A stretch of 64,000 bases of DNA from an uncultured Gammaproteobacteria bacterium (GTDB lineage Bacteria; Pseudomonadota; Gammaproteobacteria; Arenicellales; JAANXG01). The position numbers and the translations under genes were made by a program. Positions 34,492 to 45,274 of this stretch are shown piece after piece (the first letter of the stretch is position 1; each line of letters opens with the position of its first letter). The notes under the pieces were generated by a model. The model searched no databases and was not told the DNA's origin. It was given only the letters and a program-made list of their open reading frames with translations. The DNA lies in assembly GCA_947259175.1 (NCBI GenBank), contig CAMYKW010000001.1:17897-81896 (forward strand), in the 5' to 3' direction.

Positions 34492-35841
34492 TTACCCGCT
34501 CGCGGGGTACCGCTGCGTCTCCAAGCTGCGTAATCTTTCGTCAAAATCACAGCTTTCTTGCTCTTTTTCCGATATCGGCAAGTAGGGAGGCCATTCCAGA
34601 TGTGAGCTGCCATGCCAGTAGGGTCTGTTCATCATCCAACGTGCAAGATTCATCATCCTTTCACGTATTGAGAGACTGTCAAACTGTTTCTTGCTGTTGC
34701 CGACTGGCCCCGTTTTGTATCTTGTATCGCCAGATGATCGCGAAATCTCCTGGATAAGTTCGATCCATTTGCCGGTCATCGTATCCATGGACAGAAATTT
34801 CTTCGCAGTTATGACCGCGTGAGTCGACAATCGATCGAACAACGCTCGATTACGCGCCATTTCACTGATTTTGTCGGCGGCTACAACCGGTTCCCCAATC
34901 GGGAATATGCGACAGTTTACATCATCGTTGAGAAGCCCTTCGGCGGAAAGTCCACGATATCTTGACGTAACCGGAACCACACCATGTTGCATTGCTTCCC
35001 ACGCGACCATCGGACCAGTTTCCCACTCAGACATAATAATCAATACATCCAACGTCGGATAAAATTCACGATACAATTGATCGCGGGTCCTCCGCCCCAG
35101 AAAACATATTTTTTTCAGTTCTGATTCTTCGCGAAACGCGGTCTTAAGGAATAATTCTTCAGGCCCGTCTCCCACTATGGTCAGCTCAAAGTCGGTTCCG
35201 TTTGCGCGTAATTGTCGCGAGATAACAACTAAGTCTCGCACCTTTTTCGGTCTATCGGTCAACTTCCCGCAATAACCGATACGCAACACACCTCTGTCGT
35301 CAGCGTTTCGTCTAGATTTGGGGAGCGGGACTCCGCAACGGATATGATGCAACAGCTCGACAGGCCAGTCGTACCAGGCTGACAGTGCATCGAGAAATAG
35401 ACGATTTACAGACACCACTGCGTCTATACCGGATCGAAAATGGTTAACCATCCTGAATGCATTGAGACTGTTCTCGTGCGCGGGATAAATGATTCTTGGT
35501 TTCTTGTTCCCTTTAATCCCCACAGCCGCGGATAAAGCATCGTACAACAACACTGGCACCAGAATGTCCGGCTGAACGTAGTCGATGATCTTGGACAAAG
35601 ATTTTTTGCGTACTTTGGGTATTCCCAAAGTGCCGTCTATATCGATCTTCCTGAAAGAATTCATTTCCTGGTGAAAGTCAAAATATTGTTCCGGAATATG
35701 AAATCTCAATCCGCGCGCCGGCGCCAACACGATGTCTGCGCCCTCTGCGCCCAACCCGACACATAAATCAGCCAGCCACTGCTCAACACCTCCGTATACG
35801 GAGTTCGTTGGAAAACAGAATAGAATTCGTGAATTCATCAC
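34492..35841 (-). CDS. GT4 glycosyltransferase (paralog of 33020-34339)
   Basis: GGVEQW, YCGKL and WETGPMVAWEAMQHGVVPV. Confidence 0.87.
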   Translation of the reverse strand: MMNSRILFCFPTNSVYGGVEQWLADLCVGLGAEGADIVLAPARGLRFHIPEQYFDFHQEMNSFRKIDIDGTLGIPKVRKKSLSKIIDYVQPDILVPVLLYDALSAAVGIKGNKKPRIIYPAHENSLNAFRMVNHFRSGIDAVVSVNRLFLDALSAWYDWPVELLHHIRCGVPLPKSRRNADDRGVLRIGYCGKLTDRPKKVRDLVVISRQLRANGTDFELTIVGDGPEELFLKTAFREESELKKICFLGRRTRDQLYREFYPTLDVLIIMSEWETGPMVAWEAMQHGVVPVTSRYRGLSAEGLLNDDVNCRIFPIGEPVVAADKISEMARNRALFDRLSTHAVITAKKFLSMDTMTGKWIELIQEISRSSGDTRYKTGPVGNSKKQFDSLSIRERMMNLARWMMNRPYWHGSSHLEWPPYLPISEKEQESCDFDERLRSLETQRYPASG

Positions 35842-35985
35842 GTGTTACGGTAGATTCCGCAGATTGCCCGAATCAGTGATGTTTGATCATCTTCGAATCC
35901 CCGTAGGCGAATACAATGATCGTTGAGACGTCATCAATCCGCAAAAACCGACTTTCGGACGAGCCCTTAACGATTGACGTTGTTA

Positions 35986-37125
35986 TTATGAATCGATGTC
36001 GGTGGGATTTTCCGTCGCCTTCTTGCCATCCATTAATGCTGATTTAACAATCTCAAAACCGAATTGACGCAAATACTTCAAAAATCCCCTCACCCGGCCG
36101 TAATCCTGTTGAAAAACCAGCCTTCTTAGCCGCAGCCGATCGCTTCGCGACCGCTCGTCTTCGGGCGTCATTGCAAGATCCCAGGGCACCAAGGCGCTCG
36201 CAACCTGAACCGACCGGTTCCGCGCGCGCTCATCGAGCTGAGCTGTAAGCGCCTCTTTCGAATACCCTAGTTTATTAACCAGCTCACTACCAAGGGCATC
36301 CATATATTCATATGCATAATGCAAGGTCTGTGACCGATCTGCAAGCGCCAACCACTTGTCCCTTGCCTCGCTGGTAACTGATGTGTAGTTCTCAATGTTA
36401 TCCGGATCACCAACAAACAACCGTGCGTTCGTCGTCTTTGGCCGGTCGGGCACATCGTAGCGTAGCGAAAAGCCGGACCTCTCCAGCCCCAAATAATCAG
36501 CGATTCTATTTAATTGAAAACACGGATTATCGACCAGATTCTCGTAGCTGACCTCGATACAATTACCATTAAGCGCCGCCCTTCCGTCGACCAGATCCGC
36601 CGGACCCTCTAACAAATCATAGCGACTCCAATACAACTTCTCCCATTTTCCTTTTGTCCATGTTGTCAATACCGAGTACAGATTAGCCAATGGATTTCTT
36701 GTAAGAATGACAAATTTTGCCTCGGGAAATAATACGCCGATTTCCTTTATAACCCGCGTATAAGGGGGCGACTTATCCAGGAAATACTTTTTTCCGGTAT
36801 TATGCAATGCGGTATTGTACAAACAACATGCATACCGTCGGACTGCATCGTAGAAGGCATCTTGCCCCTCCTCAAAACCGCTCAAATAATGTATTAATGC
36901 CTGCCGTGCGCCATAATGACCATATTCGGCGGATATGCCCGCTTGCCTTGTTGCGTATATGGGATGCAACAGAAACCACGACTCAACGTCGGTGTGAATT
37001 TCTTCGTTCGTGGCGAGCAAGCGCTGCAACAGCGTCGACCCGGACCTCGGCGTCGAAAATATGAATATGAGCGACTCACCTTTCAACTGTGAATCTACTT
37101 CGTGCCTTCGTGCGCCGGTTCCCAT
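35986..37125 (-). CDS. PAPS-dependent sulfotransferase (Sulfotransfer_3-like)
   Basis: 5'-PSB motif PRSGSTLLQRLL, DKSP, 3'-PB motif LTRNPLA..S and YENLVDNP. Start position uncertain. Confidence 0.88.
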   Translation of the reverse strand: MGTGARRHEVDSQLKGESLIFIFSTPRSGSTLLQRLLATNEEIHTDVESWFLLHPIYATRQAGISAEYGHYGARQALIHYLSGFEEGQDAFYDAVRRYACCLYNTALHNTGKKYFLDKSPPYTRVIKEIGVLFPEAKFVILTRNPLANLYSVLTTWTKGKWEKLYWSRYDLLEGPADLVDGRAALNGNCIEVSYENLVDNPCFQLNRIADYLGLERSGFSLRYDVPDRPKTTNARLFVGDPDNIENYTSVTSEARDKWLALADRSQTLHYAYEYMDALGSELVNKLGYSKEALTAQLDERARNRSVQVASALVPWDLAMTPEDERSRSDRLRLRRLVFQQDYGRVRGFLKYLRQFGFEIVKSALMDGKKATENPTDIDS

Positions 37126-38345
37126 TTTAAAATTGGTGTGATTATACCGACACGGCCAGGTTGCATTGGCCAGCCGACACTCATTACTTCCAGCGAAACA
37201 CTTACCTCATCGACAAGACGCGCTCTATTCAGTGTCAGTTCCTGCGCGAGAACACTTGCAACATAGTTTCCGGGGCGCAGTAGATTTGGCGGGATATAGC
37301 AACGAAGCAGCCCTCTGCCGGGTTTTTCGCTACTGTTTGAGTCGGTGTCCCATGAGGTGAGGATAGTGTTTCCATAACCGTCCATTATCCGCACCGCGAT
37401 CGTAAACCGATTGCCGGACAACTTCGAATCGTAGCCTATCTCGAGACAACCTCCCTTGTCATATCTTATGTGCTTTTCTTCCCTGCCGTCATTCCCTAGA
37501 AGTCGAATTGCATCGATATTTATCAGACGTACTTCCCGGTCAGGCGGAGCCTGCCAGTGGTTCACGGACTGTGACGTAGACGATATATACTTGTCTACAA
37601 TCTCGTTTATCGATCCGGTTGCCCTCAATCTCCCCTGATCAATGTACATACCGTTATCGCATAGTGCGGACAGTGCGTTCAAATTATGACTAACAAATAG
37701 AACAGTACGGCCCTCCAAGGCCACGTCTTTCATTTTTCCCAAGCATCGTTTTTGAAATTCCACGTCGCCCACTGCCAATACCTCATCCACCAGCAAGATA
37801 TCCGGCTCCAAGTGACCGGCTACGGAAAAAGCAAGTCGAACGTACATCCCGCTAGAATACCGCTTAACCGGTGTATCCAGGAATGTTTCAATGCCCGCGA
37901 AAGAGACGATGTCATCAAATTTCTCCCGTATTTCACTTTGCTTCATACCGAGTATTGTGCCGTTTAAATAGATGTTTTCGCGGCCGGTAAGTTCGGGATG
38001 AAAACCCATTCCCACTTCGAGAAGGCTGGACAAACGTCCCGCTATTTCTATACGACCTTGTGTCGGAGATGTAATACGACTCAGGAGCTTTAATAAAGTA
38101 CTTTTTCCCGCACCGTTGCGACCAACGATACCTATGACCTCACCGGGTTTGGCCTCGAAACTCACATCTTTCAACGCCCAGAATTTTTCGTCCTCGCCAA
38201 CCTCACCTCTCAACTTTCTGAATTTTCTGATCGGTGTGGTTGCGATCCCCGATATCATCTCTCGAAAAGAACTGTACATCTGTTCAGCACCGCCAACGAC
38301 GTACTCCTTTCCCAGATCTTCCGCTTTTACCGCCGGTCTCGTCAC
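37095..38345 (-). CDS. wzt: Wzt polysaccharide ABC transporter ATPase with C-terminal Wzt_C-type domain
   Basis: FWALKDVSF, GRNGAGKST, GFHPELTGREN, YSSGMYVRLAF and DEVLAVGD, plus a C-terminal extension. Confidence 0.92.
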   Translation of the reverse strand: MTRPAVKAEDLGKEYVVGGAEQMYSSFREMISGIATTPIRKFRKLRGEVGEDEKFWALKDVSFEAKPGEVIGIVGRNGAGKSTLLKLLSRITSPTQGRIEIAGRLSSLLEVGMGFHPELTGRENIYLNGTILGMKQSEIREKFDDIVSFAGIETFLDTPVKRYSSGMYVRLAFSVAGHLEPDILLVDEVLAVGDVEFQKRCLGKMKDVALEGRTVLFVSHNLNALSALCDNGMYIDQGRLRATGSINEIVDKYISSTSQSVNHWQAPPDREVRLINIDAIRLLGNDGREEKHIRYDKGGCLEIGYDSKLSGNRFTIAVRIMDGYGNTILTSWDTDSNSSEKPGRGLLRCYIPPNLLRPGNYVASVLAQELTLNRARLVDEVSVSLEVMSVGWPMQPGRVGIITPILKWEPAHEGTK

Positions 38346-38371
38346 TATCAGTCGTTACTCACACTGGACAG

Positions 38372-39229
38372 TCAAATCACATCGGCGAAACGCCGTTCTA
38401 CTTTATAAAAGTATGCAATCGCTATTACAAAAATTACTATCGAGACAAAAATAGAAATTGACAGCATCGCAAGATCGAACGGCTTGCCCAGAAACGCTGC
38501 TCGAAATCCTTCCACAATTCCTGCCATGGGATTTAATGCAAGTACCCAGTGCCATCTATCTGGAATAAGGCTGAGTGCATACACCACGGGTGTGCAATAG
38601 AGCCATATCTGAATCATGAATGGGACCACAAAACGAAAATCTCTATACGCGACGGTTAACGCGGCAAGGATGGTACCAAAGCCTAACGCCGTAAAGATAA
38701 CCGCCACAAAGAGCAATGGAGCAGCCAGAATATTGATTGTCAGTGGCACACCGTAATAAGTGATCAGCAACAATAGAATAACGGTAGAAATTGCGGCATC
38801 AACGAGCCCCGCACCGATTGAGGACAATGGGATTATGAGCCGAGGAAAATACACCTTGCTCAATAATTGGCCTGCTCCTACCAGCGAACCGCTTGCGGTC
38901 CCCGTAGCTTGAGCAAAAAAATTCCATGGCAATAATGCGGCAAATATGAACACCGGATATGGAAACTGGTCCGACGGCAGTTTCGCCAATCTTCCAAAGA
39001 TAACCGTGAACACGATCATCATCGTGATCGGCTGAAGTACCGCCCACGCCACCCCGAGTACCGTCTGTTTGTACCGGACTTTGATGTCCCGCACCGTGAG
39101 CACGCCAAACAGCTCGCGATACGCCCAAAGCTCCCTGATATCCAAGGTGTGCCAACGTTTGGGCGGCTCTATCACAGTAACGCGATCCGGCCCGAAATAT
39201 TCGTCATGAATCGGATCTGATTGCTTCAT
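38372..39229 (-). CDS. wzm: Wzm polysaccharide ABC transporter permease
   Basis: RDIKVRYKQTVLGVAW, KVYFPR, YRD, TPVVY, NPM and ERRFADVI. Confidence 0.92.
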   Translation of the reverse strand: MKQSDPIHDEYFGPDRVTVIEPPKRWHTLDIRELWAYRELFGVLTVRDIKVRYKQTVLGVAWAVLQPITMMIVFTVIFGRLAKLPSDQFPYPVFIFAALLPWNFFAQATGTASGSLVGAGQLLSKVYFPRLIIPLSSIGAGLVDAAISTVILLLLITYYGVPLTINILAAPLLFVAVIFTALGFGTILAALTVAYRDFRFVVPFMIQIWLYCTPVVYALSLIPDRWHWVLALNPMAGIVEGFRAAFLGKPFDLAMLSISIFVSIVIFVIAIAYFYKVERRFADVI

Positions 39230-40260
39230 GCTGTACTGAAGAGATTTTTGTTTTTAACAATCCAATCAAGCAACGACTCGATACCCTCGAAAACATCAAT
39301 TTTCGGCGACCACGACAAAGTAGAAACAGCGCTTTCTATATCCGTTACGTATATCTTCTGATCGCCCGGTCGCGCAGGCTGATAACTAACGACCAGTTTC
39401 TTCCGCAACGTACCTTGCAAGTAATCAATCAATTCCTGGAGTGACAGCGTTTTGCTCATACCCCCCCCAATATTGAACGCCTTGCCTGCCATCGTGTCTG
39501 CATGTGCGATTACAGCGTCGTAGGCCGACAAGAGATCGTCGATATGCAAGATATCTCTAACCTGCTTGCCATCGCCGTAGATCGTTATCGGGTGATTTAG
39601 GATCGCCGCGATGGCGAACCACGCCACCCAGCCCTGGTCTTCGATTCCACATTGCCTGGGCCCGTAGATACAGGACTGCCGCAATGTCACGGTATTCAGC
39701 CCATAAATTCTATGGTAATCGATCGTGTACAGATCGGCCGCGCCCTTGGAGCATCCATAGGGCGACACCAAATCAATAGGACGGCTCGCGTCCACACCGT
39801 TGAATCCGTGACTGTATTCATATCGAGTTTCGGCTTCGTGTACGGGCACGTCAGCCATCTTCCCATACACTTTGTTTGTAGAGGCATTGATATATACCGA
39901 TTCGGGACTGTATTCCCGGACTGCCTCGAGCACGTTAAACGAACCAAGTGCGTTGGTTTCGAAATCCTCCCTCGGATTGCGCACCGAAGTCGTCACCGCC
40001 ACTTGTCCCGCTAAATGAAGTACGATGTCTGGTCTGTATTTATTAATGGCATCGTCGATCTTTTTCGAATCGCGAATATCGACATGCTCAAATACAATCT
40101 CATACCGCTCTTTCAACCAGATCAAATTGTTCTCCGAACCTTTTCGGCTAAGATTGTCGAGTACGATCACATCGTAGTCTTGTTTCGCATAGTGTGCAGC
40201 TGCGTTCACGCCGATGAACCCCGCACCCCCGGTTACTACTATGGATTTAGCGTCAGTCAT
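39226..40260 (-). CDS. Extended SDR, CDP-paratose/tyvelose 2-epimerase (RfbE)-like
   Basis: TGGAGFIG, DNLSRKGS, HLAGQVAVTTS, STNKVYG, SPYGCSKGAAD and DQGWVAWF. Confidence 0.8.
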   Translation of the reverse strand: MTDAKSIVVTGGAGFIGVNAAAHYAKQDYDVIVLDNLSRKGSENNLIWLKERYEIVFEHVDIRDSKKIDDAINKYRPDIVLHLAGQVAVTTSVRNPREDFETNALGSFNVLEAVREYSPESVYINASTNKVYGKMADVPVHEAETRYEYSHGFNGVDASRPIDLVSPYGCSKGAADLYTIDYHRIYGLNTVTLRQSCIYGPRQCGIEDQGWVAWFAIAAILNHPITIYGDGKQVRDILHIDDLLSAYDAVIAHADTMAGKAFNIGGGMSKTLSLQELIDYLQGTLRKKLVVSYQPARPGDQKIYVTDIESAVSTLSWSPKIDVFEGIESLLDWIVKNKNLFSTA

Positions 40261-41443
40261 TAGCAAATGTCTTTTGGAAGCTTTTACTCAATTGTTCTTG
40301 TACCGCGTCAACGGAATATCTGGATTCAATAAATTCTCTCGCCCGTTTGGACAGATCCTCGCGCATACGTTTGTTGTTCAGGATGTTCAATATGCTTTTC
40401 GCGGCTTGCTCGGCATCGGCTTCAACCAGTAGTCCGGTTTCTCCATGTATAACAAATTCTTCCGGTCCTCCGCATTTCGTCGAAACTACCGGAACCCCAC
40501 AACTCATTGCCTCGAGGGCGGCTATGCATAGTCCTTCCTGGTGAGAGGGAATAAAAAAAGCATCCATTCTTACCAGATAGTCCGGCAGCCGCTCTCTCTC
40601 TATGGAATCAATGATCATTATTTGATTCGCCAGCCCCAAGGTTCGAATTCTCTGGTCTATCTCGTCGCTGACGGCGCCCCCAATCAGAACTCCGTGGATG
40701 TCCCGATTATTTTTTTGGCAGTGCGCCAAGGCGTCGACAAAAAGCCCTATGTTTTTCCTTGGATCATCGAGCCTGCCTACGAAACCAATAGTTTTTACTG
40801 AGTTTCTCTTGCGTTTCGGCGCGAACAATCCGGTATCCACCGCCATCGGCAGAACCTGCTTGACCGTGTCACCGCCCGCGATCGCGCTTAGTTGCCTCCT
40901 TGTATAATCGCTCAACGCGACGACGTTACCGGTATTCAGTATCCTCTTCTCCAGCCTCATTATTACCGGGGCTATCACGAATTTATCAAGCCATTGCCTT
41001 GGTAGCGAAAATCCCTTGACTCGATCTTTTCGATCCTCGTGCCACGGTGTAGCCACCCACGCCCAGAACGGTTTTCCCGTTGAAAGAAACGGTGTAGCAG
41101 CGAGGCAGTTCCCCGACACCGAGACATGATACTTACAACTCGTTATCAACTTCTTCCAAAGACGCGTTGGGGAATAGTGAGTGAACTCAAGCTCCGGCAG
41201 CCAGGCGCCTAATGCGTGAGCCTCCACGTCGTCAAACACGCGATGTTGTCGTTCGCTTACCGATCCGCGCAACAGGCGATAGCTGGGTGCGGACAAGTCC
41301 GGCGCAATACGGTACGGTTGATAGTAAGCAATTACCGGCTCGAGCCCCAAACGCCGTAGTTGCTCAACGACGAACCGCGCCATTTGCGGGACACCCCCGC
41401 TGACAGGCGTAATCGTGGAAATCAATACTCGTTTGTCGAACAA
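40253..41443 (-). CDS. GT4 glycosyltransferase
   Basis: GGVP, FVGRLDDPRKN and EGLCIAALEAMSCGVPVV. Confidence 0.88.
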   Translation of the reverse strand: MFDKRVLISTITPVSGGVPQMARFVVEQLRRLGLEPVIAYYQPYRIAPDLSAPSYRLLRGSVSERQHRVFDDVEAHALGAWLPELEFTHYSPTRLWKKLITSCKYHVSVSGNCLAATPFLSTGKPFWAWVATPWHEDRKDRVKGFSLPRQWLDKFVIAPVIMRLEKRILNTGNVVALSDYTRRQLSAIAGGDTVKQVLPMAVDTGLFAPKRKRNSVKTIGFVGRLDDPRKNIGLFVDALAHCQKNNRDIHGVLIGGAVSDEIDQRIRTLGLANQIMIIDSIERERLPDYLVRMDAFFIPSHQEGLCIAALEAMSCGVPVVSTKCGGPEEFVIHGETGLLVEADAEQAAKSILNILNNKRMREDLSKRAREFIESRYSVDAVQEQLSKSFQKTFAND

Positions 41444-41450
41444 TAGGGCC

Positions 41451-43307
41451 TTAAGTCGCTTGCATAATCGGCGACATCACCGTGTAAGCCCAACGCCGCG
41501 CCCAATGGCACGGGTGTTTGGACAACAAAGGTACGCGCCGCCATCCATCCAGCATCGGTATCGACTCTAACCATACCTGTAGTGGTACTGTAAAGCCGGT
41601 CTTGCGCCTGTGTTGCACCTTTGCGGGCAGGGGCGTGCGCGGTGTGGTCGCCAATAACCGCTTCGGGTCTTGACGCGCATTGACGTCAACGAGAAAAGGT
41701 GCGAGCTCATGCAGCAACACCGAATCCACAAATGGCGTACGAATTTCCACTGAGTGATCCATCCCCGCCCAATCGGAGTCACGCAATAGCTGATTCCGCA
41801 AATAAAATGTCGATTCCAATGAGGCGACGCGCCCAAAAGCGGTCTTCGGATCCGGTCGCAGGCCCTCTCTTAAGTAATCAACAGGAGCAAGCCTGGCCAG
41901 GCCCTCATGCGCGAATTCCGTTCCCACCAGGTCCTGAAGTTCCCAGGGCATGAACAGACCGCGTCGCAGAAGATAGGCGCCGGCATAACTGCCACCCAAC
42001 GTCAATAACCCGCTTGACTTTGGACTCACCGGTAAACCAGCGCTGATAAGCGCCTGTACGACCCGGCGGAACCAATCAGCAAGGTTCGGGAACCGTTTGA
42101 AGCTTCGAAATAGATTTACAGATCGGGGAAGATCTCGAAATGACGGATAGCCCCCCATCAACTCGTCGCCGCCAAGGCCGGACAACACGACCTTCAAGCC
42201 GAGATCTTTTGCGGCGCGGCTAATCAACCAGGTGTTCAAACCATCTATCGATGGTTGGTCCATGGCACCGAGAAATTTTGGTATATATCCTCCGATTTCA
42301 TCGCCGGAGACGGTATATCGGGTGTGACGTGCGCCATAAAGCTCAGCGACCGTCGCGGCGAGCGGTGCTTCGTCGTTCGAAGTGCCCTTGTAATCTTCGA
42401 AAGTCAACGTAAGCGCGTCGATCGGATCGTTGCACACTTCACGCATCAGTCCCAATATTGCGCCGGAATCTATTCCAGAAGATAGAAAAACGCCGATTGG
42501 AACATCCGACACCATGTGTTGGTGTACCGAGTCGCGGATCGCGCGGTAAAACTGCCCCGACGTGGCCAAAGCATCGTTTGAGGACGGCTGCGCTCGGTTT
42601 TCCGCAAATGCGTTCGCATATACCTGCGACACAGAAAAAAACCGACGAATTTCCGGTGTTCCTTCGAGTGGACACTTCAAAGTATTACCCGCGGGCACGG
42701 TTTTGATATCCCTTAGATACGTGTAGGGCTCGGGTATGTGTCCGAATAAATAAAATCCACATACTCCCGCGGGGTCAATCTCATTGGAAATTGCGTCACT
42801 TTCCTGGAGGGCTTTGACCTGCGACGCGATGCGTAACGTCTTACCATCATCACAGTAATACAACGGTTTAATTCCATATGGGTCCCGCGCACAAAACAAG
42901 GTCTTTTTTCTAGCGTCCCAGATGACGAACGCATACATGCCACGCAGACAGTCTACCAAAGCTTCTCCCCTTTCCTGGTATAGATGAAGCAAAACCTCAC
43001 TGTCCGTCGTCGAACGAAATCTATACCCCTTGGTCTCGAGTTGCTTTCTTATTTCTTTGAAATTGTAAATCTCCCCGTTAAATATCAGTACGCTGTCATT
43101 TTCCGAATCGATCATAGGTTGGGCGCCGGCATTACTCAAATCTATAACCGACAATCGGGTATGAGCCAAACCGATACGATCTTCCAGCCATATTCCGTGT
43201 CCGTCTGGTCCACGATTGCGAATCCTGTCCTGTATCTGGACGAGTTCTTTCTGCGACACACCAGATCGACGACTACTGTAATTGAAAATAGCAGCTAAAC
43301 CGCACAT
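41451..43307 (-). CDS. asnB: Asparagine synthase (glutamine-hydrolysing) family amidotransferase, polysaccharide-associated
   Basis: N-terminal MCG nucleophile, RGPDG, HTRLSVID, FNGEIYN, RDPYGIKPLY, LSSGIDS, SGLGGDE and RKTGF. Confidence 0.9.
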   Translation of the reverse strand: MCGLAAIFNYSSRRSGVSQKELVQIQDRIRNRGPDGHGIWLEDRIGLAHTRLSVIDLSNAGAQPMIDSENDSVLIFNGEIYNFKEIRKQLETKGYRFRSTTDSEVLLHLYQERGEALVDCLRGMYAFVIWDARKKTLFCARDPYGIKPLYYCDDGKTLRIASQVKALQESDAISNEIDPAGVCGFYLFGHIPEPYTYLRDIKTVPAGNTLKCPLEGTPEIRRFFSVSQVYANAFAENRAQPSSNDALATSGQFYRAIRDSVHQHMVSDVPIGVFLSSGIDSGAILGLMREVCNDPIDALTLTFEDYKGTSNDEAPLAATVAELYGARHTRYTVSGDEIGGYIPKFLGAMDQPSIDGLNTWLISRAAKDLGLKVVLSGLGGDELMGGYPSFRDLPRSVNLFRSFKRFPNLADWFRRVVQALISAGLPVSPKSSGLLTLGGSYAGAYLLRRGLFMPWELQDLVGTEFAHEGLARLAPVDYLREGLRPDPKTAFGRVASLESTFYLRNQLLRDSDWAGMDHSVEIRTPFVDSVLLHELAPFLVDVNARQDPKRLLATTPRTPLPAKVQHRRKTGFTVPLQVWLESIPMLDGWRRVPLLSKHPCHWARRWAYTVMSPIMQAT

Positions 43308-43322
43308 GCAGAAGGTACTAAA

Positions 43323-44294
43323 CTATTTCTTGAACCAGTTCCATGCTGTTCTTATGATTGCATCCAGAGAATCGTATTTTGGCTGCCAACTTAGTTCACT
43401 TTTCGCCTTGCCGGCGTCGGCAATTAACACCGGTGGATCACCTGCTCGACGCGGTCCGATTTCGACTGGAATATCGCCCCCACATATCTCCCTGGCGGCA
43501 TCGATAATATCTTTTACCGAATATCCTCTTTCATTGCCTAAATTGTAAGTCTTGAGGCCCGGACCGGCCGCCAACGCATCGAGTGCGAGCACGTGCGCCT
43601 CTGCAAGATCAGTTACGTGTATATAGTCGCGAACACAGGTACCATCTTGTGTATCGTAATCATTTCCAAACACGGTTATCGATGCACGTTTTCCCGCAGC
43701 GGCTAACAATACGTTTGGGATAAGGTGGGTTTCCGGTTCATGCCATTCGCCTAACTCACCGTCGGGATCCGACCCTGCGGCGTTGAAATATCTTAGTGAA
43801 CAAGCATGAATCCCATATGCCGTTGCGTAGTCCCGAAGCATATGTTCAATTACCAGTTTAGAACGACCATATGGATTAACCGGCTCCTGCATATGGTCAT
43901 CCGGAATAGGTATGGTTTTGGGTGCGCCATAGGTCGCGCAGGTGCTGGAAAATATTATTTGTTTAATCCCGCATTGGCGCATGGCATTCAACAACGTCAT
44001 GCTGCCGTGTACGTTATTATGGTAGTAACGCATGGGATCCGTCACCGATTCGCCGACATACGCATAAGCGGCGAAATGCATCAGCGCATCAGGCTGATAC
44101 TTCTCAAATACTTCACATAAGCGATCAATGTCGGTGATGTCCCCCTCTTCGAAAGGCCCCCACTGAACGAATTCCCGATGGCCGTACACGAGATTGTCGT
44201 AGCAAACCGGTTCAATTCCGCGGGCGTGCAGTGACTTGCAGGTATGACTGCCTATATAACCGGCGCCGCCGGTAACGAGAATTGTCCGACTCAT
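43323..44294 (-). CDS. galE: UDP-glucose 4-epimerase
   Basis: [42 protein letters not shown] and RDYIHV. Confidence 0.92.
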   Translation of the reverse strand: MSRTILVTGGAGYIGSHTCKSLHARGIEPVCYDNLVYGHREFVQWGPFEEGDITDIDRLCEVFEKYQPDALMHFAAYAYVGESVTDPMRYYHNNVHGSMTLLNAMRQCGIKQIIFSSTCATYGAPKTIPIPDDHMQEPVNPYGRSKLVIEHMLRDYATAYGIHACSLRYFNAAGSDPDGELGEWHEPETHLIPNVLLAAAGKRASITVFGNDYDTQDGTCVRDYIHVTDLAEAHVLALDALAAGPGLKTYNLGNERGYSVKDIIDAAREICGGDIPVEIGPRRAGDPPVLIADAGKAKSELSWQPKYDSLDAIIRTAWNWFKK

Positions 44295-45274
44295 TGATTG
44301 TTGCTGCTATTGATATTACCGCCGCGTGTGAGATATTCATCGAAGTAAGCAATGGTTTGTTTCAAACCTTCTTCCAAGGCGACTTTCGGCTCCCAGCCCA
44401 AGTGCTGCTTAGCGAACGCTATGTCCGGGCATCGTTGCCTCGGATCGTCGTGAGGCAAGGGCATATTTGTGATTCTCGATTTCGAACCGGTCAAGGCAAG
44501 AACAGTTTGCGCCAGTTCCAATATGGTGAATTCTGACGGATTCCCTGCGTTGAGAGGTCCGGTAAATTCCGCCGGCGTGTCCATGAATTTTGTCATCACG
44601 TCTATCAAATCTGATACGTAACAGAACGACCTTGTCTGCGAGCCGTCCCCGAAAATGGTTATCGGCGCGTTATTCAACGCCTGGACAATGAAATTCGACA
44701 CCACGCGGCCGTCATCAGGATGCATCCTGGGGCCATAGGTGTTAAATATGCGCAGCACCTTGATCGGAAGCCGGTGCTGCCGGTAGTAGTCGAAAAACAA
44801 GGTTTCGGCGCAGCGTTTACCTTCGTCATAACATGCCCGAACTCCCACCGGGTTTACGTGGCCCCAATAATCCTCTTTTTGCGGATGAACCACGGGATCA
44901 CCGTAAACCTCGCTGGTGGACGCCTGAAGTATGGGTGCTTTGATGCGTTTGCTCAATCCGAGCATGTTTATCGCGCCATGAACGCTCGTTTTCGTGGTCT
45001 GAACCGGATCGTGCTGGTAATGTATGGGAGATGCGGGACATGCCAAGTTGTAAATCTCGTCGACTTCCACGTAAAGCGGGAATGTTACGTCGTGCCGCAA
45101 CAATTCGAAGTTGGCGTTTCCGAGCAGATGAACAATGTTCGCCTTGGTGCCAGTGAAATAATTATCCACACATAATACTTCGTTTCCCTTTTCAATAAGT
45201 ACATCGCACAAGTGCGATCCAAGGAAACCTGCGCCACCGGTAATCAGTACTCGCTTGGTGTTATTGGTCCTCAT
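44291..45274 (-). CDS. uxs: UDP-glucuronate decarboxylase (UDP-xylose synthase)
   Basis: [41 protein letters not shown] and DGRVVSNF. Confidence 0.92.
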   Translation of the reverse strand: MRTNNTKRVLITGGAGFLGSHLCDVLIEKGNEVLCVDNYFTGTKANIVHLLGNANFELLRHDVTFPLYVEVDEIYNLACPASPIHYQHDPVQTTKTSVHGAINMLGLSKRIKAPILQASTSEVYGDPVVHPQKEDYWGHVNPVGVRACYDEGKRCAETLFFDYYRQHRLPIKVLRIFNTYGPRMHPDDGRVVSNFIVQALNNAPITIFGDGSQTRSFCYVSDLIDVMTKFMDTPAEFTGPLNAGNPSEFTILELAQTVLALTGSKSRITNMPLPHDDPRQRCPDIAFAKQHLGWEPKVALEEGLKQTIAYFDEYLTRGGNINSSNNQ

